From contig OY762428.1 in assembly GCA_963665665.1 (NCBI GenBank), forward strand, positions 2,880,001-2,944,000: a stretch of DNA of 64,000 nucleotides. Direction: 5' to 3'. Source of the DNA: Candidatus Kapaibacterium sp. (GTDB lineage: Bacteria; Bacteroidota; Ignavibacteria; Kapaibacteriales; UBA2268). The translations under genes and the position numbers were made by a program. Position 1 is the stretch's first letter; each line of letters begins with the position of its first letter. Below are positions 38,571-47,645 of the stretch, piece after piece. The notes under the pieces were generated by a model, which worked only from the letters and a program-made list of their open reading frames with translations, was not told the origin of the DNA and searched no databases.

Positions 38571-40664
38571 TTAATCCCGGACGCAGCGAACCGAATTCCC
38601 GCACGCCTTACCACTTTCTCGTCTCCCTATTTTAGATGAGGAAATTCCCCTTTCCCAAGCAAGAGTATCGTCTGATTCTGTGGCTGTCCACCAATAACCG
38701 ATACCTCCTTGCCAACCAAAGATATTAAATCTATAACCTCCCGGAACAGCAGAAAAACCGGTTTTATCAAAATTTTTATTTCTCATCAATATTTCTTCAT
38801 CTTCATAACGAAAAGTCCATAAATCCGGTTCCCCCGCCAACTGCGCGCCTTGGTCTGATCCTCGCTCATATTCTTTATCAGCTTCAGACCGGCTCATCCC
38901 AAGACACATTTCAAGTTCTTTCCATTCTTCGTCGGTGGGCACGTGCCAGCCCTCGGGCGCTAAACCGCGAGGGTCGTTCACAGCATACCAATTGTAAAGC
39001 TTACCGTAGATTTCTCCATTAGCAGGATCATTGTTGTAATAGCACCATGCTCCGGTTTTCAGGTTTTCCCATTCTTCGGTGTCCTTCACTTCAGGAATTG
39101 GATCCCCATTGCGGTACCGGTCAACATTCAGATTGCAGCCCATCCATATCTTGCCGCATATCTCCACATCGTTTTCACAACCTGTGTATTCTTCATACAT
39201 CGCCTTTGCTGTTGCTCTTACCCATACTTTATTACTCGGATAATTTGGCACCCGCCACCTGTATGCCAGACCACTTGCGGTGTCAGTAATCTGATTCCAG
39301 TTCTTCCCGTCATCAATAGTGTATTCTAATTTCACATAATCGGCAGGCGATACGCCCTCCCATGTTATTGTTGTATCGCTGCCTGCAACTAATTCTTCGC
39401 CGCCATTAGGAAAGACTATTTTGATATTTTGAGTTATCAGTGATTTCTTTTTTATATCGCCACCGGAAACATAGAAATATTTGCCATAGCATGAGTTGCT
39501 TTCAATTTCAAATCTGGAAAAAGCATATGATGAATCGTCTGGGCTGAATTCTATTCTCAATTCTCTTGTTTCGCCTGGTAACAGTGAAAATGGAGGATTT
39601 GTCCCCCCGTAATCAATTATTGTCATCTTTGGGTTACTGCTAATTATTGATTTAACATTTACAGGCTCAACCTGTGCAGTGATTGAGATTTTTTCAGTAT
39701 ATGTCTTTCCCGATTCCTTTATTCCAAATTTAATTGAAGCAGATGGAGAAAACTTCAGCTTAGGCAGTTTGTCGTAAGAGACGGAATAACTGAAATCTGT
39801 CATAAGTCCAATATCCGATATTGATAATTCTGCTTTCCTTTTTGTCGGACATCCTCCGCTTATCCATTCGATTTCGCATGGGTCGCCGCCCTGGGCAAAC
39901 ATAAGAATGCTTTTATAAATATCTTCTGCCTGTTTTTCAGTTGTAACGTTATCGAAATACATTCCGCCGGTCTTTTTCGATATCTCCTTAAGCAAGTCAG
40001 GTGTTGGGTTATCGACTGTAACACAATAGACTGTAGCGCTGATATCATTTGCTTTTTCAATTATTTCTTCTTGATTACCACTTGCAAAGCCGTCAGTAAA
40101 CAAAACAACAACCTTTTTATATTTTCCTTGTTCTGCAACCCGCAAAGCCCCGGCGCTCCTATCTATAAAAGCCGCGTCAAAATCTGTCCCGTCGTTGCAA
40201 TTCAGGCTTTGTATGCTGTTTATCAATTCTGCTCTATTATGCGAAAAATCAGAAATGAAAAAATTATCCGATTCGAACCCTGTAATAGCACATTCTGATG
40301 TTCCAAGTGGTAAAAGTTTTAGCCAGGTAGTTGCAGCTGCTTTCAGAATATCCATCGAACGACCACACATCGAGCCGGATAAATCAACTGTTAAAACTGC
40401 AGATATGGGTTGAGAAGGCTGTGGCGCAGGACAATTAATATTTGTAATTTGTCTTTCAATTCTATCCTCTTTAAGAATCAGCGTATAATTCGACAAATTG
40501 CTCATTACCGTTCCATCATCATCAACTACAAAACATTTGGCTTTCATTTCCGGAAATGTTGAGGCATCGATATCGAATACAGTAATATCTTGTGCCATAA
40601 TTGAGGATGATAGAATAAAAAGCAAGAAAAATTTGACTAATATTTTTCTCATGATAATTTCCAA
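38571..40664 (-). CDS. Secreted vWA + ASH + FISUMP (Fibrobacter major paralogous) domain protein (cargo)
   Basis: DLSGSM MIDAS, LFTDG, PNGGE, WMGCNL..YGKLYNWYAV..PEGWHVPT..SVRCVRD. Confidence 0.85.
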   Translation of the reverse strand: MEIIMRKILVKFFLLFILSSSIMAQDITVFDIDASTFPEMKAKCFVVDDDGTVMSNLSNYTLILKEDRIERQITNINCPAPQPSQPISAVLTVDLSGSMCGRSMDILKAAATTWLKLLPLGTSECAITGFESDNFFISDFSHNRAELINSIQSLNCNDGTDFDAAFIDRSAGALRVAEQGKYKKVVVLFTDGFASGNQEEIIEKANDISATVYCVTVDNPTPDLLKEISKKTGGMYFDNVTTEKQAEDIYKSILMFAQGGDPCEIEWISGGCPTKRKAELSISDIGLMTDFSYSVSYDKLPKLKFSPSASIKFGIKESGKTYTEKISITAQVEPVNVKSIISSNPKMTIIDYGGTNPPFSLLPGETRELRIEFSPDDSSYAFSRFEIESNSCYGKYFYVSGGDIKKKSLITQNIKIVFPNGGEELVAGSDTTITWEGVSPADYVKLEYTIDDGKNWNQITDTASGLAYRWRVPNYPSNKVWVRATAKAMYEEYTGCENDVEICGKIWMGCNLNVDRYRNGDPIPEVKDTEEWENLKTGAWCYYNNDPANGEIYGKLYNWYAVNDPRGLAPEGWHVPTDEEWKELEMCLGMSRSEADKEYERGSDQGAQLAGEPDLWTFRYEDEEILMRNKNFDKTGFSAVPGGYRFNIFGWQGGIGYWWTATESDDTLAWERGISSSKIGRRESGKACGNSVRCVRD

Positions 40665-40732
40665 TCTTATTTCCCAAAATAATTCAAATTAACATATTTT
40701 TGGGAAAAAAAAAAACGAGATTGTTTTTCAAC

Positions 40733-41020
40733 TTAATTACAAACCGCCACTCCGGCAAAAGCAAACTTGAACTCGATTTGAAGCTCATTCTCAGAGATAT
40801 GCTCTATATGCCCGTAAACGACATTGCCGGAGCTGTCGAGGGAAGAAACGGAAGGCCTTTTATTGAGATTGTGGGTAACTGTCCAGATTTGGCTTGCTGT
40901 TAGCTGTTCGTGGATATAGTGGACATCGGCAATACCCGGTTCAAGATCATCAGGTTTGATCTTACCGAGCTTGTTGAATTTGATCTCGCCATTCTCTATA
41001 TCTGCTTTTTGGACAAACAT
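40733..41020 (-). CDS. Small phage structural protein
   Basis: YIHEQ..WTVTHNLNKRPSV motif, similar to the C-terminus of the fibre gene. Confidence 0.65.
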   Translation of the reverse strand: MFVQKADIENGEIKFNKLGKIKPDDLEPGIADVHYIHEQLTASQIWTVTHNLNKRPSVSSLDSSGNVVYGHIEHISENELQIEFKFAFAGVAVCN

Positions 41021-41466
41021 TACTTAGTCAGGCTCCCGACAGTGAACCCAACAGCGACACCGCCGATAATATAAACCGGAGTTTCCCACCACGAGCGTTC
41101 TCTCATGATTTCTTTGGTGATATAAATAGTCTGAATCATTGTGCTGTCCGGTTTCTTCCTAATCATCAGATCAAAGCTATTTTCCGGGAACTCGTATTTT
41201 GCATAAACCGTATCCCTTTTGATAACCGTGTCAACCACAGCTACAAATGGCTTTGTCTCAATCATAGTATCCCGTTTGTAGATGATTTTCGGCTTAATCT
41301 TCTCAATAACTATCGGTTCGGATTCCTTAATAATCAGAACTGTATCCTTCCGGATAATGGTATTGGTAATCGGCTCGCAATGCTTAGTTGACCTTCCGAG
41401 AAAGAATGACAATGCAATCATTACGAGAATCAGGATTGTTCCGGCTATGTATTTGTATTTTTCCAT
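41020..41466 (-). CDS. Lysis accessory membrane protein (spanin-like)
   Basis: N- and C-terminal hydrophobic segments, KDTV repeats, directly after the endolysin. Confidence 0.5.
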   Translation of the reverse strand: MEKYKYIAGTILILVMIALSFFLGRSTKHCEPITNTIIRKDTVLIIKESEPIVIEKIKPKIIYKRDTMIETKPFVAVVDTVIKRDTVYAKYEFPENSFDLMIRKKPDSTMIQTIYITKEIMRERSWWETPVYIIGGVAVGFTVGSLTK

Positions 41467-42071
41467 TAGCTATTTACCGAAGTAAATCCAACAAAACCTC
41501 TTACAGCCATCCTTCCTATGAAATGCTTGTAATTTCTCTTCCTGATATATACTCCTTCGCCATCATCCTGAGAGCCTTTCCTGCCGGAACTTGTATTGAA
41601 ACCTACAGTCCTAATCCATCCGGCTTTCATAACTTCGATTATCCTCTCAACATGACCACGCCAAACTCTCGGCTTTTTCCAGAAAATCAGGTCATTGACT
41701 TTCGGAAAAGGAAATGTTTTCCTGCCATTCTTCATAGCATGGTTGAACATGGATACGGTTGAGCCTGTTCTTTTAATCGGTATTTCAGATAATGCAAAAC
41801 TCAAATCCTGACAGGCAGAATAAAAACACCAGTACTGGCCTGCCGCACAATAAGGATTACCTTTTCTCAGACCTACAGATTTGAGGTACTGCTCAACCAT
41901 ATATCCGTCATTCCTGCCAGTCCTTTCCTTTACTCCAACCTGGGCAATGGCAGAATCTGCCGACGCCTGAATCAATTCACTCCTGCACGTCATTACATAT
42001 CTTGCAAGCGGAAAAAGCTCGGCAGAGGCCGCTATATGAAGTAATATCAGCAATATTATCTTGTATTTCAT
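41466..42071 (-). CDS. CHAP-domain endolysin with N-terminal signal sequence
   Basis: QVGVKE..G.NDG..V..YL..GNPYCAA, DLIFW, GHV, GFNT. Confidence 0.8.
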   Translation of the reverse strand: MKYKIILLILLHIAASAELFPLARYVMTCRSELIQASADSAIAQVGVKERTGRNDGYMVEQYLKSVGLRKGNPYCAAGQYWCFYSACQDLSFALSEIPIKRTGSTVSMFNHAMKNGRKTFPFPKVNDLIFWKKPRVWRGHVERIIEVMKAGWIRTVGFNTSSGRKGSQDDGEGVYIRKRNYKHFIGRMAVRGFVGFTSVNS

Positions 42072-42079
42072 AGTAGCAC

Positions 42080-42424
42080 CTAATTAGCAAACTGAGCGAT
42101 ATATACACCAAGAACAATCAGACCGACAAGAATATGCACTCCAAGGAAAATGTATCCGAGAACGTTTAGGACAGCTCCCTTTTCGGAGGAATTGATCTTG
42201 CCGTCATCTCCTTCCAGCAGGAATTTTGTAAAAGGTATCCGGGTGTAAACATAAAGTGCTATTCCAGACAATGCCAAAGCAGATGCTTCGAGAAATGCTA
42301 TCAGTAGGAATGTCTGAATCTCAGCGCTTCCCGGTTTCAAGAAGAAGTATGCTATGGCTCCGAGTATTATCCAAACAGTGTTTCTGGAAATAAAGTCGAT
42401 TACTGCTTTCAGTTTGTCATTCAT
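42080..42424 (-). CDS. Putative holin (3 TM)
   Basis: 114 aa, three hydrophobic segments, upstream of the endolysin. Confidence 0.55.
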   Translation of the reverse strand: MNDKLKAVIDFISRNTVWIILGAIAYFFLKPGSAEIQTFLLIAFLEASALALSGIALYVYTRIPFTKFLLEGDDGKINSSEKGAVLNVLGYIFLGVHILVGLIVLGVYIAQFAN

Positions 42425-42435
42425 ATTTTACCTTT

Positions 42436-42726
42436 CTAATATGTACTTACTAAATGTTCGTTGAATCTTTTCTGAAGTTCTGTAAGGATGAGCTTAATGG
42501 CTTCAAGTTCCTTTTTTACCTGGTCATCATAGATGTCAACCCTTTGTTCAAGAAGCTTTACCCGGCGTTCCAGGTCATTGAATTTTTCGACATCTGCCAG
42601 CTTCTTTGAGAATATTTCCTCATTGGCTTTCCTGTTGTCCCTTTTCAGCATAAAATAGAAGGTCAGAAGCCCGATAATCAGGATTCCGAACTGTATGATG
42701 TTATATATCAGATTGCTTGTAGTCAC
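42436..42726 (-). CDS. Single-TM coiled-coil protein (holin/antiholin-like)
   Basis: N-terminal TM plus coiled coil, in the lysis cassette. Confidence 0.5.
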   Translation of the reverse strand: MTTSNLIYNIIQFGILIIGLLTFYFMLKRDNRKANEEIFSKKLADVEKFNDLERRVKLLEQRVDIYDDQVKKELEAIKLILTELQKRFNEHLVSTY

Positions 42727-42729
42727 GCC

Positions 42730-43131
42730 CTAATCCCCAATGAAATAAACTGTCGGAAGCATAAATCTCATCTCATAATGCCATTTGTCATCTTCGACAA
42801 AGAGAAACTTCTCAGTCAGAGGATAAAGCTTCATATTCTCAATGTATAGGTCATTCGTCAGGGAATACCGGACCCTGTCCAGAGTTTCATAAGCCCCGAG
42901 ATGAGAACGAAGGTTTCTGACAATGACAATCACATCAATTTCAATCATCCTTGCCTGCTGTTCCAGCCTCGGATTTGTATAGTTTGAGCCTTCATAACTG
43001 ACCAACACTGCTCCGTTGGGATGCAGTAGTTCGTAATCCTTCACATTCTCCGGAAAAGGCTCAACAGCCAGATCGGTAATATCCGCCTGGAGCTTGGCTA
43101 CAATAGCATTTTCTATGTCTTTAATAGTCAC
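42730..43131 (-). CDS. Mu gp37-like tail terminator protein
   Basis: IENAIVAKL..VEPFP..YELLHPNGAVLVSYEGS..RNLR..GAYE.LD pattern. Confidence 0.8.
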   Translation of the reverse strand: MTIKDIENAIVAKLQADITDLAVEPFPENVKDYELLHPNGAVLVSYEGSNYTNPRLEQQARMIEIDVIVIVRNLRSHLGAYETLDRVRYSLTNDLYIENMKLYPLTEKFLFVEDDKWHYEMRFMLPTVYFIGD

Positions 43132-43153
43132 TATTCACTTTTCATTTCTTCAA

Positions 43154-43184
43154 ACTTTCAACTGTCAACTATCAACTGTCAACT
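43154..43184. repeat. Heptamer tandem array (ACTDTCA)
   Basis: ACTTTCA ACTGTCA ACTATCA ACTGTCA ACT. Confidence 0.85.
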
Positions 43185-43601
43185 AATAAAGTTATCCATC
43201 GCTTTCTTTGGTACAACAGGCTCCCTTTCAGAAAAAAGAAAGAATCCCGGCCTTGTTTCAGGAGTCCCTTCATTAAGAGTGATTGTCCCTTTCTGCAGCT
43301 TCTCCAAAGTCGATATGCTGTCCTTGTAAAGATTCTGAATACTGTCGAAGACCTTACCTCTCCGCTTATACAGCTCGTATTTAACTATATCAATACAGGC
43401 TTTTCTCAGGATAGAATGTTCATTCTCAAGAGGTAGATTATACCTTGCCCTCAGAAAGCCATCAATGAAATCTCCTGCATCAGATATATACTTATCAACC
43501 AAAGCTTCATCCACAACATTAGGATCAGCATCATTACTGAGCTGGGCAGTCACCTTCTCGGTTAAATCATCTTTTATATCCTGAATTGTACAGTACATCA
43601 T
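43179..43601 (-). CDS. Mu gp36-like (DUF1320) head-tail connector
   Basis: MYCT..D..IDGFL.ARY.LPL..CIDI..Y.LY..Y.D....LE.L..G...L. Confidence 0.85.
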   Translation of the reverse strand: MMYCTIQDIKDDLTEKVTAQLSNDADPNVVDEALVDKYISDAGDFIDGFLRARYNLPLENEHSILRKACIDIVKYELYKRRGKVFDSIQNLYKDSISTLEKLQKGTITLNEGTPETRPGFFLFSEREPVVPKKAMDNFIS

Positions 43602-43631
43602 CCTTCACTAAAAGTATTTTCAAATCTCTTT

Positions 43632-43688
43632 GCTAAGATATTGGGATTTGATGTAGTGTCCTATGCATTGAGTGTGGGTAGAGAGTGA
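43632..43688 (-). promoter_or_regulatory. Putative phage late promoter, copy 4
   Basis: Minus strand TCACTCTCTACCCACACTCAATGCATAGGACACTAC-N12-TATCTTAGC. Confidence 0.72.
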
Positions 43689-43721
43689 AATTATCAAAAA
43701 ATACGTATTTATACGGATAAA

Positions 43722-43741
43722 AATACCAAGTTCTTGGTATT
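43722..43741. promoter_or_regulatory. Perfect inverted repeat, operator-like
   Basis: AATACCAAG-TT-CTTGGTATT upstream of the cargo gene. Confidence 0.45.
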
Positions 43742-43806
43742 GATTTTTTGATTAACATTTGTCACTTTGTAGTTATCAGTTTTTTTAATTCTTGAAGGAA
43801 TATAAC

Positions 43807-44610
43807 ATGAGACGATTTTTAGCCTTTATAGTATTTGTTTATTTGTTTTCCCCAATAGACAATATTGCTCAAATAATTGACATCAATTATTCTAATTTAA
43901 AAGGGGTAAATGCCATAACTGATACAGTAAAGAAAGAATCAAAAGATATTGAACTTTTGAGTCGTGGTTTTATGGACATTTTTTCTAATGGCAAAATGCA
44001 AAGTACAGCTCAAATATTAAAAATTAATATTGGAGAAAAAGATGGCTTCTATTTTCCTTTCTTTCTATTATTGGGGGCTTCAGGTGATGGTCTTGGTGAA
44101 CAAGAATTGAATGAAAATACAATAGCAAATTTGTTAAACCCATTAGGTGGTATTATTAATGGATCATTTAATGGCAAGAATAATTTATTGTCCTCAGAAT
44201 CTGGGATAACTTCATTAAATTTAGCATATCAAATTTCAGGAAAGTTAATAAATGCTCAAGATTCACTATCAGGAAACTCCAAATTTTTGGGAGTTGGTTA
44301 TGGTAATATAGGTCTCTTTTTTCAAACAGGAGCTTGGGATCCTGATGATGCTGGAAATATGGGAGTCTTTTGGGTTCAAGTAAAAGCCGCAGGTTCATTA
44401 GCTTTTGATAATGCAGTGATTAAAGAAGTCTTTGGAAACTCAGTAATTGATAGTTATTTTATTGGTTATTCCATAGATTTAGGTATTGAAATTGATAAAA
44501 AAATTAATTTGAAAGCTGGAATTTATCAATATTTAAACAGCCAAGATATAATTCTTATGAAAGATCCTGTTTTTAAATTTTCTTTGGATTACAATCTTGA
44601 AAATGATTGA
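43807..44610 (+). CDS. Secreted/outer-membrane hypothetical protein (cargo)
   Basis: Signal peptide MRRFLAFIVF..IAQ; amphipathic beta strands; opposite strand to flanking phage genes; AT-rich. Confidence 0.7.
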   Translation: MRRFLAFIVFVYLFSPIDNIAQIIDINYSNLKGVNAITDTVKKESKDIELLSRGFMDIFSNGKMQSTAQILKINIGEKDGFYFPFFLLLGASGDGLGEQELNENTIANLLNPLGGIINGSFNGKNNLLSSESGITSLNLAYQISGKLINAQDSLSGNSKFLGVGYGNIGLFFQTGAWDPDDAGNMGVFWVQVKAAGSLAFDNAVIKEVFGNSVIDSYFIGYSIDLGIEIDKKINLKAGIYQYLNSQDIILMKDPVFKFSLDYNLEND

Positions 44611-44775
44611 TTAATTCAGGATTTATTATTCATAAGTTCATCAAATATTTAAGCGTTTTCCGAAAGTAATTATTTAATAATATTTTTTATTAAGCTTTCT
44701 TTGCAAACTGCTACTCCAGCAAATGCAAATTGAACTCAATATGAAGTACATTATTAGGATTTCCAATAATATTTT

Positions 44776-44801
44776 ACGCCCCCTAAAACATTAGAGGGCG
44801 T
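44776..44801. terminator. Hairpin between the convergent capsid and cargo genes
   Basis: ACGCCCCCTAA-AACA-TTAGAGGGCGT. Confidence 0.65.
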
Positions 44802-44807
44802 TTCCAT

Positions 44808-45854
44808 TTATATCACCATAGCCGAAATAACCGCATTAGGTTCATGGATAGTCGGCAATGATTTCTGTTCAACTTTCCAGTCCAAAGCTGTTTTGTCATC
44901 GTTAGTATTAGTTTCCACCAATAGTTCATTCTGATAGATTTTCAGATTGCCGTTCTCGATCCTGTAAATTGGCCCGAAATGAACTTTGAAGCCCAAGGAT
45001 TTACTTGCCACCATGATAGCCTTCTTAGGGTCAATCATATCGGTAGTGACATCATCGGTATCTGTGTATTGCTGGTTATACTCGAAAATATCAATACCCA
45101 TTATCCTGCCGATATAAATACCAGAACGGGTATTCGATTGGGTCATGTCAAGCACGCCGATACGGTTGTTGTTGGTATCCAGTTCCTTCTTGATTGAATC
45201 ATGAGATACAAAGGCATCTGCAGCTTCACTGCCAAGAATCATGATATCAGCGTTGACACCACTTCGTTTCATGATGTCCCTTTTCCATGCCCTGAGTTTC
45301 TTCAAAGGTTTGGCAGTGGCATCGCTCCATTTATCTGCTGCAGCAAGCGTAACAAGATGAACGCCGTCTTCAAACTCGAAATCAACTGAGAATTCAATAT
45401 TATCCTGGCTGACAATAACTTCACCGGTTGAAAGAGCTTCACAAGCCATCTGCTCACGTCTTCGGATAATCCTGTTTTTCAGTTCTTCCAGTTCCTGGAG
45501 GATCATCTGATTTGCAAGCCTTGTCCTTTCTTCAGGGCTCGTCACGTAGATATTGCCGATTGACTTGTAGTTTGCAAGCTCAAGGGCAGTGAAGAGTTTC
45601 TTCTCGAAAGTCCTTGGCAGGGAGATGGTTTTGATTTCCTTGCTCAATTTCTTGATCGGCAAAGCACCTTCATGCTGATTTACGAACTGAGCCAGCTTAT
45701 TTGAGCCTGTGATGATCTCAATGTCGATTTTATCCGCTGCATGGAACTGCCTGTTTTTGAAGAAAGTATTCAAAACGAACGGTTCAATTACCTTCGACCT
45801 GTTAATCGCATTCGTCAGGCTCCGGGATTCAAACATATCAATTAATGCGCTCAT
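44808..45854 (-). CDS. Major capsid protein (Phage_cap_E family)
   Basis: LT.AIN..FF..LAQFV..RREQMACEAL.TG..VDF..W..P..Q.SLP pattern. Confidence 0.88.
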   Translation of the reverse strand: MSALIDMFESRSLTNAINRSKVIEPFVLNTFFKNRQFHAADKIDIEIITGSNKLAQFVNQHEGALPIKKLSKEIKTISLPRTFEKKLFTALELANYKSIGNIYVTSPEERTRLANQMILQELEELKNRIIRRREQMACEALSTGEVIVSQDNIEFSVDFEFEDGVHLVTLAAADKWSDATAKPLKKLRAWKRDIMKRSGVNADIMILGSEAADAFVSHDSIKKELDTNNNRIGVLDMTQSNTRSGIYIGRIMGIDIFEYNQQYTDTDDVTTDMIDPKKAIMVASKSLGFKVHFGPIYRIENGNLKIYQNELLVETNTNDDKTALDWKVEQKSLPTIHEPNAVISAMVI

Positions 45855-46219
45855 GCCTGTTCCTCCTTAATCACTATTGAACCATTGTTGTATACTCCTG
45901 TGGATATTTCCTGTGCCGCTGTCAGGGCTGATTTCAGGAACTCCCCGTGAACGTACATGAAGCCTTTGCCGTCGCTGTCTGTAGCATCCACATTGCAGCC
46001 GAGTATTCCGACTAAGTTTTCTGTTCCATCAACAACTGTATTGTCCCAGATGTAATATTTGCCTGTGGCTGTTTCCTTGCCGAGGCAGGTTCCCCTTGTC
46101 AGGTTCTGACCGGAAGCGATGACAATATTGGTGATCTCCATATTTGGATGGAGACTTGCAGGTATGTCAACCGAAGGATCCATGTCAGCAAGTTTTGTAA
46201 AACCAAGATCGATTCCCAT
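45851..46219 (-). CDS. Head decoration protein
   Basis: IASGQNLTRGTCLG..DGTE..GIL..YVHGEF. Confidence 0.82.
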   Translation of the reverse strand: MGIDLGFTKLADMDPSVDIPASLHPNMEITNIVIASGQNLTRGTCLGKETATGKYYIWDNTVVDGTENLVGILGCNVDATDSDGKGFMYVHGEFLKSALTAAQEISTGVYNNGSIVIKEEQA

Positions 46220-47364
46220 TATTTATCTCCTTCGTTTTTGTAGTATTCGTCGATAAATTTATTCTGCTCTTCGAAGCTGTTGACGTTACCGGCTAAGGCT
46301 TTGTCAGCTATCTCTGAAAACTCCACCTGTGTCGGGAATGATTCGATCAGCTTTTTGATTATATCTTCGCCCCTGAGGGTTTTGGTAACTCCGTTCTCTG
46401 AGAATTCAAAGCCCTTGTCATGCCCTCTGGCAGTCTCAAAAGCCAGGCGGACAAGGTTCTTCTGTGCCGGGACTAATCGCCCTGTCTGTGAGCTGAAATA
46501 CTCATTGAATTTCATCTCCCTGTTGTCGTTTTCAAGAGATTCAAGTTTTATCTGCATCTCCTGATACTCCCTTGACTGGGTTAGGTCAATTTTGTTTTTT
46601 CCATCATTTGCTTCAACAAGCTTAGGTGGATTTTCCTCTTTCCTGATGTGCCTGTCTTTGATTTTTTCAAGCTCCTCAGCTGTCTGGTTGGCAATCTCTT
46701 CGTTGAAAGTCTGACCAAGCCATGTAAGGAGGTCTTCGAATAGTTTAGCATAGTTCTCCGGCATACTGCCTCCCTGGAAATTTATTTTTTGTGAATTGTC
46801 TTCTGAAAAATCTTCGGATTTTGAGGGAGAGAAATATATATTTCTTTTCTTTTCCTTTCTTTCCTGATTGTTTTTGTTGCCCTTCTGTTCATCATCCGTT
46901 GAACAGGTGTTCGATTCTGTTCGAGCATTCGTTAAATTCTCTTCAAACATCAGTTCAACAAATGCTTCATCACTGTTGAAATTTGTGTCTTTCAAACCCT
47001 TAACTGCCGGAGGAACTGCTCCCAAATATCCAACGTGGCGGAGCATCATATCCGGGTACAGGGCTATGGAAACTTTCTTGTACTTTCCGTCCTTAATAAG
47101 TTGTTCGAACTCTGGATCAAGCTGATTGAATTTAGCAAGCAACCTTTCGCCATCACGTTTCAATTGCTCAACCCAGGCATAAGCAGGAGAGTTATTCACA
47201 GGATGTCCAATTACTACAGGAGCTTCATGTTTTTCATCAGGAAGCTGATTATTGTATTTTGCTGCAATAGTGTCGAGGTCTTCAATAGTCCAGTCTTTCT
47301 CTTGCCCGCCTGCATCTGTGTGCAGACCGGCTTTAAAGACCTCCTTCCATATATCCTTTGGCAT
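46219..47364 (-). CDS. Mu gpI-like prohead protease/scaffold
   Basis: EVFKAG.H, APVVIGHP..PAYAWV, G.YKKVSI, LRHVGYLGA.PPAVKGL; internal GGGAGG-ATG at 46764. Confidence 0.88.
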   Translation of the reverse strand: MPKDIWKEVFKAGLHTDAGGQEKDWTIEDLDTIAAKYNNQLPDEKHEAPVVIGHPVNNSPAYAWVEQLKRDGERLLAKFNQLDPEFEQLIKDGKYKKVSIALYPDMMLRHVGYLGAVPPAVKGLKDTNFNSDEAFVELMFEENLTNARTESNTCSTDDEQKGNKNNQERKEKKRNIYFSPSKSEDFSEDNSQKINFQGGSMPENYAKLFEDLLTWLGQTFNEEIANQTAEELEKIKDRHIRKEENPPKLVEANDGKNKIDLTQSREYQEMQIKLESLENDNREMKFNEYFSSQTGRLVPAQKNLVRLAFETARGHDKGFEFSENGVTKTLRGEDIIKKLIESFPTQVEFSEIADKALAGNVNSFEEQNKFIDEYYKNEGDK

Positions 47365-47389
47365 TTTCCACCTTTATAGTTTTACCTCT

Positions 47390-47446
47390 GCAAAGCTATT
47401 TATGGCGGTTGTATTGGGCAATGCACTTAATGTGGGTATGGAGTGA
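47390..47446 (-). promoter_or_regulatory. Putative phage late promoter, copy 5 (head operon)
   Basis: Minus strand TCACTCCATACCCACATTAAGTGCATTGCCCAATAC-N12-TAGCTTTGC (canonical TAnnTTTG). Confidence 0.78.
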
Positions 47447-47457
47447 AGGGAAAATAT

Positions 47458-47488
47458 AAAAAACCGGAATCTATTTTTGAGATTCCGG
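47458..47488 (-). terminator. Terminator of the WG-repeat gene
   Basis: CCGGAATCT/AGATTCCGG stem with T-run on the minus strand. Confidence 0.75.
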
Positions 47489-47645
47489 CCTGTCCTTTTA
47501 TTACTTATTATTAAAATGGATTTGGAGATGGCGGTTTATATATTAATTTTTAAACTATTCTTTATTTAATACCACATTTTTATAAATGTTTTTGACGTTT
47601 TTTATGCTCACCTTTGTTCTAATCATTACAAATTTAGAAGAATTT

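Noticed and set aside
38571-38800. DGR variable region at the FISUMP C-terminus
   Set aside because: No template repeat or reverse transcriptase in the window; a remote DGR cannot be excluded without a genome-wide search for an adenine-mismatched copy
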